This document shows, piece by piece, positions 56,429-64,000 of a DNA stretch of 64,000 nt (its first letter is position 1; the number at the start of each line of letters is the position of its first letter). The notes under the pieces are model-generated. The model did no database searches. It was given only the letters and a program-made list of their open reading frames with translations, and was not told where the DNA came from. The position numbers and the translations under genes are program-made. Origin of the DNA: Clostridiales bacterium (lineage in GTDB: Bacteria > Bacillota > Clostridia > Oscillospirales > Oscillospiraceae); NCBI GenBank assembly GCA_004555655.1, contig SFHJ01000006.1, positions 10,095 through 74,094 on the forward strand, given 5' to 3'.

Positions 56429-58084
56429 ATGGAAAAAACGCGCTGGTATAAGGACATGGTATTCTATCAGATCTGGCCGCGCTCGTTCAAGGACGCAGAC
56501 GCAGACGGCATGGGCGACCTCTGGGGCGTGTATGAAAAGCTGGACTACCTCCAGTCGCTCGGCGTGGACGGCATCTGGTTCTCGCCGCTGTATCCCTCGC
56601 CCGGGGCCGACTGCGGCTATGACATTGCCGACTACATGGACATCGCGCCGGAGTTTGGCGGCATGGAGGCGTTCAAAAAGGTGCTCGACGGCGCGCATGC
56701 GCGCGGGATGAAGCTCATCATGGATCTGGTCGTGAACCACACCTCAGACGAGCACGCGTGGTTTCAGAAGAGCCGCAGGCGCATCGAGCCGTATACCGAT
56801 TACTACATCTGGCGGCCCGCCCGGCCGGACGGGAAGCTGCCGAACAACTGGGACTCGTGCTTTGAGGGCAAGGCGTGGCAGTTTGACGAGCTGCGCGGGG
56901 AGTATTACCTGCACATCTTCGCCGTCAAGCAGCCCGATCTCAACATGGACAACCCCCTCGTGCGAGAAGAGGTGAAGAAGATCCTGCGCTTCTGGCTGGA
57001 TCTGGGCGTCGACGGCTTCCGCGAGGACGTCATCACGTATATCTCAAAAAAAGAGGGCCTGCCCAATGATTACCTGTTCCCGATGAACAAGGGCATGCTC
57101 CACTACAACCACGGCCCGCACATCCACGAATACCTGCACGAGTTCAAGCGCGACGTGCTCGATCACTACGACTGCATGACGCTGGCCGAGGCGCCGCTCG
57201 TCTCGCCAAAGCGGGCGCTGAAGTACATTGCCGAGGACGAAACGGGACAGATGGACATGATGATCCAGTTCCAGAGCCAGTGCGCCGATTGCCTGTTTAC
57301 CGACTATCTGCCGATGAAATTCTCGCTGCGGCGGTTCAAGCGCGCGTTTTCCAGCTGGCAGAAAAAGCTGCGCGGCAGGGCGTGGAACATGCTGTATCTT
57401 GAAAACCACGACCATCCGCGCGTCGTCTCGCGCTACGGCAGCGAGAAGTTCTGGAAGCAGAGCGCGAAAACGCTCGCCGCGAGCTACCTGTTTCTGCAGG
57501 GCACGCCGTTTGTCTATCAGGGGCAGGAGCTCGGCATGCTGAACTGGCGGCCGGAGGACCCCGAGCTCTACGAGGACGTGCAGACGCGCTGGCAGTATGC
57601 GCACGCGGCGCTCAATCGATCGCCCGAGCAGCGCCTGCACCGGCTCTGGCGCGCGTCGCGCGACTCGGCCCGCACACCCATGCAGTGGACGGACGGCGAG
57701 CATGCCGGATTCAGCACGGCTTCGCCGTGGTTCAGCGTGAATGAAAACTACAAAGCCATCAACGCCCGGCAGCAGGAGCAGGACCCCGACTCCATTCTGA
57801 ACTTCTACCGCAGGGCCATTGCGCTGCGAAAGCGGCTTCGGGCTGTGCGCGACGGCGAATACCGTGAGTTTTTCCCGCTCAGCGGCAGGCTCTACTGCTA
57901 CAGCCGCGAGCTTCCGGGGCAGAAGCTGCTCGTGCTGTGCGCGTACAGTGAAAAGCCGCAGAAGCTGCGCGTGCCCGCCGGGTTTGACCTTTCGCGCGCG
58001 GAGCTGGTTTTGCAGAATTATGCCGTATTGCAGCCCGGCGTGCTGCAGCCGTATGAAACGCGCGTCTATTTGTGGGAAGACTGA
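56429..58084 (+). CDS. GH13 alpha-glucosidase / oligo-1,6-glucosidase
   Basis: YQIWPRSF, DLVVNHTSDEH, QPDLN, DGFREDV, ENHD, RDSARTPMQW; RBS AAAGGAG. Confidence 0.95.
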   Translation: MEKTRWYKDMVFYQIWPRSFKDADADGMGDLWGVYEKLDYLQSLGVDGIWFSPLYPSPGADCGYDIADYMDIAPEFGGMEAFKKVLDGAHARGMKLIMDLVVNHTSDEHAWFQKSRRRIEPYTDYYIWRPARPDGKLPNNWDSCFEGKAWQFDELRGEYYLHIFAVKQPDLNMDNPLVREEVKKILRFWLDLGVDGFREDVITYISKKEGLPNDYLFPMNKGMLHYNHGPHIHEYLHEFKRDVLDHYDCMTLAEAPLVSPKRALKYIAEDETGQMDMMIQFQSQCADCLFTDYLPMKFSLRRFKRAFSSWQKKLRGRAWNMLYLENHDHPRVVSRYGSEKFWKQSAKTLAASYLFLQGTPFVYQGQELGMLNWRPEDPELYEDVQTRWQYAHAALNRSPEQRLHRLWRASRDSARTPMQWTDGEHAGFSTASPWFSVNENYKAINARQQEQDPDSILNFYRRAIALRKRLRAVRDGEYREFFPLSGRLYCYSRELPGQKLLVLCAYSEKPQKLRVPAGFDLSRAELVLQNYAVLQPGVLQPYETRVYLWED

Positions 58085-58089
58085 AAAGG

Positions 58090-58116
58090 GCCCCGTTTCC
58101 GTTGTGGAAACGGGGC
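58090..58116. terminator. Terminator hairpin between convergent genes
   Basis: GCCCCGTTTCC-gttgt-GGAAACGGGGC. Confidence 0.7.
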
Positions 58117-58123
58117 TTGCTGG

Positions 58124-59005
58124 TTAAAACTGGAGCTGCGCGGCCTGCAGTGTGGCGAGCGTATCAAGCCGTGTGACCGGCTGCGCGCCAAGCGACGACA
58201 GCGCGTTGGCTGCTTCGCTGCCGTCGTCAAAGACGAACACGGGGCTGTAGCCCCGGCGCAGATTGTCCGTTGTGCCGGCCCATGTGCCGCCGGTTTCAAG
58301 ACCTGCCTGCGCGACGAGCGTTTTTTCGCCCATCGCGTGGATGAGCCGGTTGCGGCGCAGCGCGCGCGGCGTGGAAAACGGAAGATCAAACCCGTCCTCG
58401 GACACATAGCAGAGATTGTCCTGCGCCTGACAGCTGCAAAGCTGCGTGGCGGGGAAGATGACGGCGCTGCCGTTCTTCGACAGACAAGCCTGCTGCGCCG
58501 CCGAATCCGCGCCCGGCGCGCCACCGGAGACGAGCGTAAAATGCTCCCCGGCGATCAGCCGGCCGGCGGCTTCGGCAAAGGCCCGGTTTTCAGGCCGCAG
58601 CGCGCGCGAACCGACCACGCCGATCATGCGCGCCTGCAGAAGCCGCAGATCGCCGCGCACGAACAAAACCGGCGGGCAATCCATGCCGAGCAGCGCGGCG
58701 AGCCGTTTGGGGTACGCCGGGCTGATGCGCGTGAGCGGTACAATGCCGAGCTTTGCGGCCCGGGCCAGATACCCGTCCAGCGCTGCCTCGCGCGCAAGCA
58801 GATGTACGATGCGGCTTGCGTCGGCTTCGCCATAGCCCAGCCGGTGCAGGTCTTTTTCATGCAGCTCGCGCAGCGGGTCGCCGCTGCCCGGCCCAAGCGC
58901 GTGTGCGCGCATGGAGAGCGTGCGAAACTGCGCCATGGTGAGCGGCTTTTCCCCGTCCGGCAGCTGCGCGCACAGCAGCAGGACGCCGCGTTCCGCCGCC
59001 GTCAC
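58124..59005 (-). CDS. dprA: DprA/Smf-like (SLOG fold) protein
   Basis: YPKRL....PPVLF.RG, VVGSR, VSGGAPGAD, RNRLI, GGT; GTGA overlap with the helicase gene. Confidence 0.8.
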   Translation of the reverse strand: MTAAERGVLLLCAQLPDGEKPLTMAQFRTLSMRAHALGPGSGDPLRELHEKDLHRLGYGEADASRIVHLLAREAALDGYLARAAKLGIVPLTRISPAYPKRLAALLGMDCPPVLFVRGDLRLLQARMIGVVGSRALRPENRAFAEAAGRLIAGEHFTLVSGGAPGADSAAQQACLSKNGSAVIFPATQLCSCQAQDNLCYVSEDGFDLPFSTPRALRRNRLIHAMGEKTLVAQAGLETGGTWAGTTDNLRRGYSPVFVFDDGSEAANALSSLGAQPVTRLDTLATLQAAQLQF

Positions 59006-60186
59006 CGGAATCGCCTGCGCGGCTGCGGCTTTTTGATTTCTGCCTCGACCAGCGTGCCGTCTTCGAGGAATTTCACGGGCTGGATGTGATAGTGCGAATA
59101 TTTTGCGATTTCCTCCAGCTTGGCCTGCTCGGGGAAGGTGCCCAGCACCGAGATGGCCACGCCCTTTTTCTTCGCCCGGCCCGTGCGGCCGATGCGGTGG
59201 ATGTAATACTCATTCTCCTCGGGCACGTCGTAGTTGATGACACAGTCCACGTCGTCGACATCGATACCGCGCGAGGCCACATCGGTGGCAATCAGCACGG
59301 GAAGATTTCCGCTTTTGAACGTGCGCATGGTCTTTTCACGTGTGACCTGCCGGATATCGCCGTGCAGGCAGTCGGCGTCAACGCCCATGCGCTTTAAATC
59401 ATCACACAGCCGCTGGCACATGAGCTTGGTGTTGCAGAAGATGATCGTGCGCTCAAAGCCCATCGTGCGCAGCAGTTTCATTGTGGTATCGATCTTCTCC
59501 AGCGGGGGACACGTGATGGAGTACTGCGTGATGTCGGGCCGGTTCTCCAGATCTGCCGGTACGGTGATCTCCACCTCGTCGCGCTGGTACATCCACGACA
59601 CCGTCATGACCTCCTGCGAGATGGTGGCGGAGAACAGGCCCAGATTTTTGCGGTTTTTGACCTTTTCGATGATCTTCGTCACGTCGTCAAAAAAGCCCAT
59701 GTCCAGCATCCGGTCGGCCTCGTCGAGGACGATGGTCTGCACCTTGTCCAGCCGCAGCGTCTTGCGGTTGAAGTGGTCCATGAGCCTGCCCGGCGTGGCG
59801 ACCACGATCTGCGGGTGATTTTTGAGCTGCTTGATCTGCCCCTCGATTTTCGCGCCGCCGTAGACCACGGCCACGCGGATGTCCTTGTAAAAGGCCAGAA
59901 GGCCGCGCAGTTCATCGCAGATCTGAATGGCCAGCTCGCGCGTGGGAGCAAGGATCAGACCCTGCAAGTCCTCGCTGGCAGGATCGATGTGCTCAATCAT
60001 CGGGATGCCGAACGCGAACGTCTTGCCCGTGCCCGTGGGAGCCTTGGCAATGACGTCCTTCCACTGCATAAAAGGCGGGATGGCCTCGGCCTGGATGCGG
60101 GTGGGGTAGCCGTAGCCCTTTTTCTCCAGCGCCTGCAGAATCTGCGGCGAGAGGCCGAGGTCACTGAATGTCAAGTTCTGTTCCAT
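59002..60186 (-). CDS. DEAD-box RNA helicase
   Basis: Q motif, APTGTGKT, PTRELA, TPGRL, DEAD, SAT, HRIGRTGRA. Confidence 0.96.
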   Translation of the reverse strand: MEQNLTFSDLGLSPQILQALEKKGYGYPTRIQAEAIPPFMQWKDVIAKAPTGTGKTFAFGIPMIEHIDPASEDLQGLILAPTRELAIQICDELRGLLAFYKDIRVAVVYGGAKIEGQIKQLKNHPQIVVATPGRLMDHFNRKTLRLDKVQTIVLDEADRMLDMGFFDDVTKIIEKVKNRKNLGLFSATISQEVMTVSWMYQRDEVEITVPADLENRPDITQYSITCPPLEKIDTTMKLLRTMGFERTIIFCNTKLMCQRLCDDLKRMGVDADCLHGDIRQVTREKTMRTFKSGNLPVLIATDVASRGIDVDDVDCVINYDVPEENEYYIHRIGRTGRAKKKGVAISVLGTFPEQAKLEEIAKYSHYHIQPVKFLEDGTLVEAEIKKPQPRRRFR

Positions 60187-60214
60187 AGTCAAATTTCCTT
60201 TGTAAACGCCTGGC

Positions 60215-60718
60215 CTACAGCGGCTTCGGCGAAAGATTCACATAGTCGATAAACTGGAATTGCAGGCCGTTTTCCTCCTGCAGCTCAGACACGCGGCGGA
60301 TCTGCCAGTTTTCGCGCGCGTCAAGATTCGGGAAAAACCGGTCGGCGGGCGCGTCCACATAGGTCTTTGTCACGCGCGCGCTGTCACAGTAATCCAGAAG
60401 CAGCGCATACACGCTCGCGCCGCCGATGACGGCGATATTCCCGCGCGGATAGCTGCGCAGCGCGGCGAAGAGCGCGGCCTCGTCGTGTACCACGACGGCA
60501 GGCTCGGCGCAAAAGGCCGGGTCGCGCGTCAAAATAATGTTCGTGCGGTTTTTGAGTGGCTTTCCGCCCGGAAACGTTGCAAGCGTCTTGCGGCCCAGCA
60601 CAACGGTCTTGCCCGTTGTCAGCTCACGGAAGCGGCGCAGGTCGGCGGAAATGCTGACCAGCAGCCGGTTTTCAAAGCCAATGCCCCAGTCGGGCGTGAT
60701 ATTGACGATCAGTTCCAT
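60215..60718 (-). CDS. folA: Dihydrofolate reductase
   Basis: GIG...L, DL.RF...T, GRKT, PL.NR.N, IGG, D.FFP. Confidence 0.93.
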   Translation of the reverse strand: MELIVNITPDWGIGFENRLLVSISADLRRFRELTTGKTVVLGRKTLATFPGGKPLKNRTNIILTRDPAFCAEPAVVVHDEAALFAALRSYPRGNIAVIGGASVYALLLDYCDSARVTKTYVDAPADRFFPNLDARENWQIRRVSELQEENGLQFQFIDYVNLSPKPL

Positions 60719-60726
60719 GCTGCACC

Positions 60727-61557
60727 TCAGATGGCAACGGGGATTTTTTCGGAAAAATCAGACCAGCGGTAACCCGGAAGCTCGAAGCTGTCCACCGTAA
60801 AATCGTAGAAATCCGTGACCGAGCGGTCGATCACGAGCTTCGGCGCGGGATACTGCTCATTTTCCAGCATTTTTTCCACCAGCGGCACATGCCGGTCATA
60901 GATGTGGCAGTCGGCAATGACGTGCACCAGCTCGCCCGCCTCGAGCCCCGACACCTGCGCCATCATATGCACCAGCACCGCGTATTGCACCACATTCCAG
61001 TTGTTGGCCGTGAGCATATCCTGGCTGCGCTGGTTTAAAATGGCGTTGAGCGTATTGCCGCTGACGTTGAACGTGACCGAGTACGCGCACGGCGCGAGCG
61101 CCATCTCATGAAGGTCGTGGTGGTTATACAGGTTTGTCAGAATGCGGCGCGAGGCCGGGTTGTGCTTCAAATCGTACAGAACGCGGTCGACCTGGTCAAA
61201 CTCGCCCTCGGGGTAGCGGTGTTTTACGCCGAGCTGATAGCCGTAGGCCTTGCCGATGGAGCCCGTCTCATCCGCCCAGCTGTCCCAGATGTGGCTGCCG
61301 AGGTCATGAATGTTGTTCGATTTTTTCTGCCAGATCCACAAAAGCTCCTGAATGCAGGACTTATAGAACGTACGCCGCAGCGTCATGATGGGAAATTCTT
61401 CGCGCAGGTCATAGCGGTTTACAACGCCGAATTTTTTGATGGTGTGCGCGGGTGCGCCGTCTTCCCAGTGTGGGCGTACCTCGCGGTCCCGGTCCCAGAT
61501 GCCGTTGCCTAAAATGTCGCGGCAGGTACGGATATACAGTTCGTCAGCTCTGCTCAT
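60727..61557 (-). CDS. thyA: Thymidylate synthase
   Basis: ELLW, IWD.W, SRR, LAPC, QRSQD, HIY. Confidence 0.95.
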   Translation of the reverse strand: MSRADELYIRTCRDILGNGIWDRDREVRPHWEDGAPAHTIKKFGVVNRYDLREEFPIMTLRRTFYKSCIQELLWIWQKKSNNIHDLGSHIWDSWADETGSIGKAYGYQLGVKHRYPEGEFDQVDRVLYDLKHNPASRRILTNLYNHHDLHEMALAPCAYSVTFNVSGNTLNAILNQRSQDMLTANNWNVVQYAVLVHMMAQVSGLEAGELVHVIADCHIYDRHVPLVEKMLENEQYPAPKLVIDRSVTDFYDFTVDSFELPGYRWSDFSEKIPVAI

Positions 61558-61741
61558 GGTACATCTCCAATCAAAAATCCAAACTTCTCTATTTTATAGT
61601 ATATCATATTGTGGTATAATTGCAACTGCAAGTAAAGTATGCGTGTTTACGAAAAATTCATAATTTTTCTGCAACCTGCCGCGCGCATTATCGTCTTGGA
61701 TAGCGGCCAACACAATTTGGCCGCGAAAGGAGAAACTAAAA

Positions 61742-62440
61742 ATGAAAAAAATGATCGCACTCTTGCTGGCCTGCCTGATGGTGTTCACCATGATGGCCTG
61801 CGCCTCGACCAAGGACGAGCCCACCGATGGCGAAGGCGTCGCCGCCGAGCTGCCCGAAGCGGGCGGCGATGTGGAGCAGATGCCCGAAACCGAGCAGCCC
61901 GCCGTTGAGGAGCCTCCTGTTGACGAGCTCCCTGTAGAAGAGCCGGTTGTTGAGCCTGCGGAAGAGCCTGTCGTTTCTGAACCCGACGGAACCGGAACGC
62001 CGGCCGGTGAAACGGCTGACAGCTCCGCGCTGCAGACCATTCTCGATACGCTGCTGCTTGATCTCGACGCGGAGTTCATCCCCTACTACTCCAGCTACGA
62101 GGTGCCGCAGGCCGACGCGCCCTACGTGGTCGGCTATGAGCAGATGGACACCAACTTTGACGCCGCGCTGGGCTACGGCCCGATGATGGGTTCGACCGCG
62201 TTCATCATGGTGCTCTTCGAACTGCCCGGGGATGCGGACGCTGCGGCGTATGCCAAGAGCCTGAGCGAGAACGCTGTGCTGAACAAGTGGATCTGCGTCA
62301 GCGCCGACTATGCCGACGGCCTTGCCAACGGCCAGTACGTCATGTTCCTCATGGCGGCCGAGACTGCCTGCCCGGATACGGTCCGTCAGGAGCTGGCCGA
62401 CCGGTTCATGGCCATTGATACTGCCGCGTTGAACGCGTAA
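61742..62440 (+). CDS. Acidic lipoprotein (DUF4358-like) preceding the O-acyltransferase genes
   Basis: Signal peptide with lipobox MMAC; E/P-rich linker; KWICV motif. Confidence 0.7.
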   Translation: MKKMIALLLACLMVFTMMACASTKDEPTDGEGVAAELPEAGGDVEQMPETEQPAVEEPPVDELPVEEPVVEPAEEPVVSEPDGTGTPAGETADSSALQTILDTLLLDLDAEFIPYYSSYEVPQADAPYVVGYEQMDTNFDAALGYGPMMGSTAFIMVLFELPGDADAAAYAKSLSENAVLNKWICVSADYADGLANGQYVMFLMAAETACPDTVRQELADRFMAIDTAALNA

Positions 62441-62463
62441 TTTTCCGAACGGAGGACGAAGGC

Positions 62464-63825
62464 TTGCTGTTTTCCAGTATCACGTTTCTGTACCTGTTCC
62501 TGCCGCTGGTGCTGGCGGTCTACCTGCTTGCGCCGCGCAGGGCAAAAAATGCGGTGCTGCTGGCGGCAAGCCTTCTGTTCTATTTCTGGGGCGAGCCGAA
62601 GCAGCTGCCGCTGCTCGTTTTGAGCGCGCTGGCGGGCTGGGGCTTTGGCTTTTTGCTGCAGAAAAACAAAGCGCGCTGGCCGAAAGCGCTTTCCATCGCG
62701 GTGTGCCTTGCGCCGCTGCTCATCTATAAGTACGCGGATTTTTTGATTACCAGCGTCAATTCGCTCTTTGGACTGTCGATCCCGCTGACCAACCTGCCGC
62801 TGCCGGTGGGCATCAGCTTCTACACGTTCCAGATTTTGTCGTATCTCATCGACATTTCGCGCGATACGGCGAAGCTGCAGAAAAATCCCGCCAATTTTGT
62901 GACGTATATCGCGCTCTTCCCGCAGCTCATCGCGGGGCCCATCGTGCGCTACGAGACCATTCAGCAGGAACTCGATGACCGCCGCCAGACGCTTGCGGAC
63001 GTGTCCTCCGGCGTCACGCGCTTTTGCGTGGGGCTGGGGAAAAAGGTGCTGCTGGCCAACCAGCTGGCCGAGCTGCAGGCAAATATCGCGCCCACGAGCG
63101 CGCTTGCCTGCTGGACGCTGGCGATTGCGTTCACGCTGCAGATTTATTTTGATTTTTCCGGCTATTCCGACATGGCCATCGGCCTTGGCAGGATGTTCGG
63201 CTTTCACTTTCCCGAAAACTTCAACTACCCCTTTATTTCCCAAAGCGTCACCGAATTCTGGCGCCGGTGGCACATCTCGCTCGGCTCGTGGCTGCGCGAC
63301 TATGTGTATATCCCGCTGGGCGGCAACCGCTGCGGGAAGATGAAATGGCTGCGCAATATCGTGATCGTCTGGCTCGTGACAGGCCTGTGGCACGGCGCGG
63401 CGTGGACATTTGCCGTCTGGGGACTGTTTTTTGCTGCGCTGCTGCTGGGTGAAAAGCTCGTCTGGGGAAAAGCGCTTCAAAAAGCGCCGCGCGCGGCGCG
63501 CATCGCGTATACGATGCTGCTGGTCATCTTCAGCTTCGTCATTTTCAACGCCGATTCGCTGGCCGCTGCATGGGCGCAGCTGGGCGGGATGCTGGGCATC
63601 GGCGTGGGCGCGGCGAGCAGCGCCGACGTGTATTATGCGCGGAGCTTCTTACCGCTTATCGTCATCTGCGCCGTCGGCGCAACACCGTTGCCAAAACTGC
63701 TCTGTGCGCGGCTGAAAAAGAGCCGCACGCTGCTCGAGCCGCTCTTTTGTGCGGGGCTTCTGCTGCTCGTTACGGCATTTTTGGTCGAAGGGTCGTTCAA
63801 TCCCTTCCTGTATTTCCGGTTTTAG
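62464..63825 (+). CDS. MBOAT family O-acyltransferase (AlgI/PatA-like)
   Basis: LPVGISFYTFQ, FPQLIAGPI, DFSGYSDMAIG, FWRRWHISL, GLWHGA, FLYFRF. Confidence 0.95.
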   Translation: MLFSSITFLYLFLPLVLAVYLLAPRRAKNAVLLAASLLFYFWGEPKQLPLLVLSALAGWGFGFLLQKNKARWPKALSIAVCLAPLLIYKYADFLITSVNSLFGLSIPLTNLPLPVGISFYTFQILSYLIDISRDTAKLQKNPANFVTYIALFPQLIAGPIVRYETIQQELDDRRQTLADVSSGVTRFCVGLGKKVLLANQLAELQANIAPTSALACWTLAIAFTLQIYFDFSGYSDMAIGLGRMFGFHFPENFNYPFISQSVTEFWRRWHISLGSWLRDYVYIPLGGNRCGKMKWLRNIVIVWLVTGLWHGAAWTFAVWGLFFAALLLGEKLVWGKALQKAPRAARIAYTMLLVIFSFVIFNADSLAAAWAQLGGMLGIGVGAASSADVYYARSFLPLIVICAVGATPLPKLLCARLKKSRTLLEPLFCAGLLLLVTAFLVEGSFNPFLYFRF

Positions 63826-63836
63826 GAGGCGGCAGC

Positions 63837-64000
63837 ATGAAAGCAAGACAAATTCTCGTGTGCGCCGTCTTTGGCGCAATTCTGGTGCTCTTTGCCGCTG
63901 TACTGCTGCTGCGTCCGGCGCAGCTCGTCAGCGAGGAGGAGCGACGCCCGCTGGCCCGGTTTCAGACGTATGCCGGCTGGAAGCCCACCGGCGGGCAGGA
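63837..64000 (+). CDS. DHHW/AlgJ-like O-acetyltransferase partner (3'-partial)
   Basis: RBS AGGAGG + ATG; TM helix then SEEERRPLARF, directly after the MBOAT gene. Confidence 0.6.
   Translation, partial: MKARQILVCAVFGAILVLFAAVLLLRPAQLVSEEERRPLARFQTYAGWKPTGGQ

Noticed and set aside
1..64000. tRNA, rRNA, prophage, integrase, intact transposase or selenoprotein genes
   Set aside because: None recognised by eye; intergenic gaps are short and explained by promoters, terminators or the two MITE-like elements.

Overview
High-GC chromosomal segment of an anaerobic Firmicute. Gene content, RBS style and SLH domains suggest Clostridia, probably Oscillospiraceae-like (inference). No rRNA, tRNA, CRISPR array, prophage or intact transposase was seen. 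Left to right: amidohydrolase, argR and EamA genes; a promoter-less head-to-head junction between a truncated ArsR-type regulator and a 1966-aa SLH-anchored S8 protease; housekeeping genes; a two-component system followed by a hybrid ABC operon (giant SBP, two CUT1 permeases, HlyD-type adaptor, MacB-like protein); an uncharacterised three-gene operon led by a ~1565-aa HD / helical-repeat / nucleotidyltransferase / PRTase protein; a DUF1538 + tandem-PII pair; a nickel cassette (InrS/CsoR-like, His-rich protein, CooT); a Wood-Ljungdahl cluster (metF, cooC, acsD, fused acsC-acsE, acsB, acsV, fhs, fchA, folD) with no CO dehydrogenase (acsA/cooS), FDH or metV in the window; an alpha-galactoside locus; dprA-like, DEAD helicase, folA, thyA; and the start of an MBOAT/DHHW O-acylation operon. 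Two ~161-bp MITE-like elements are present. The best candidates for undescribed biology are the CODH-less ACS cluster with its AcsC-AcsE fusion, the multidomain nucleotide-enzyme operon and the hybrid ABC operon. All calls are by-eye motif recognition; no searches were run.
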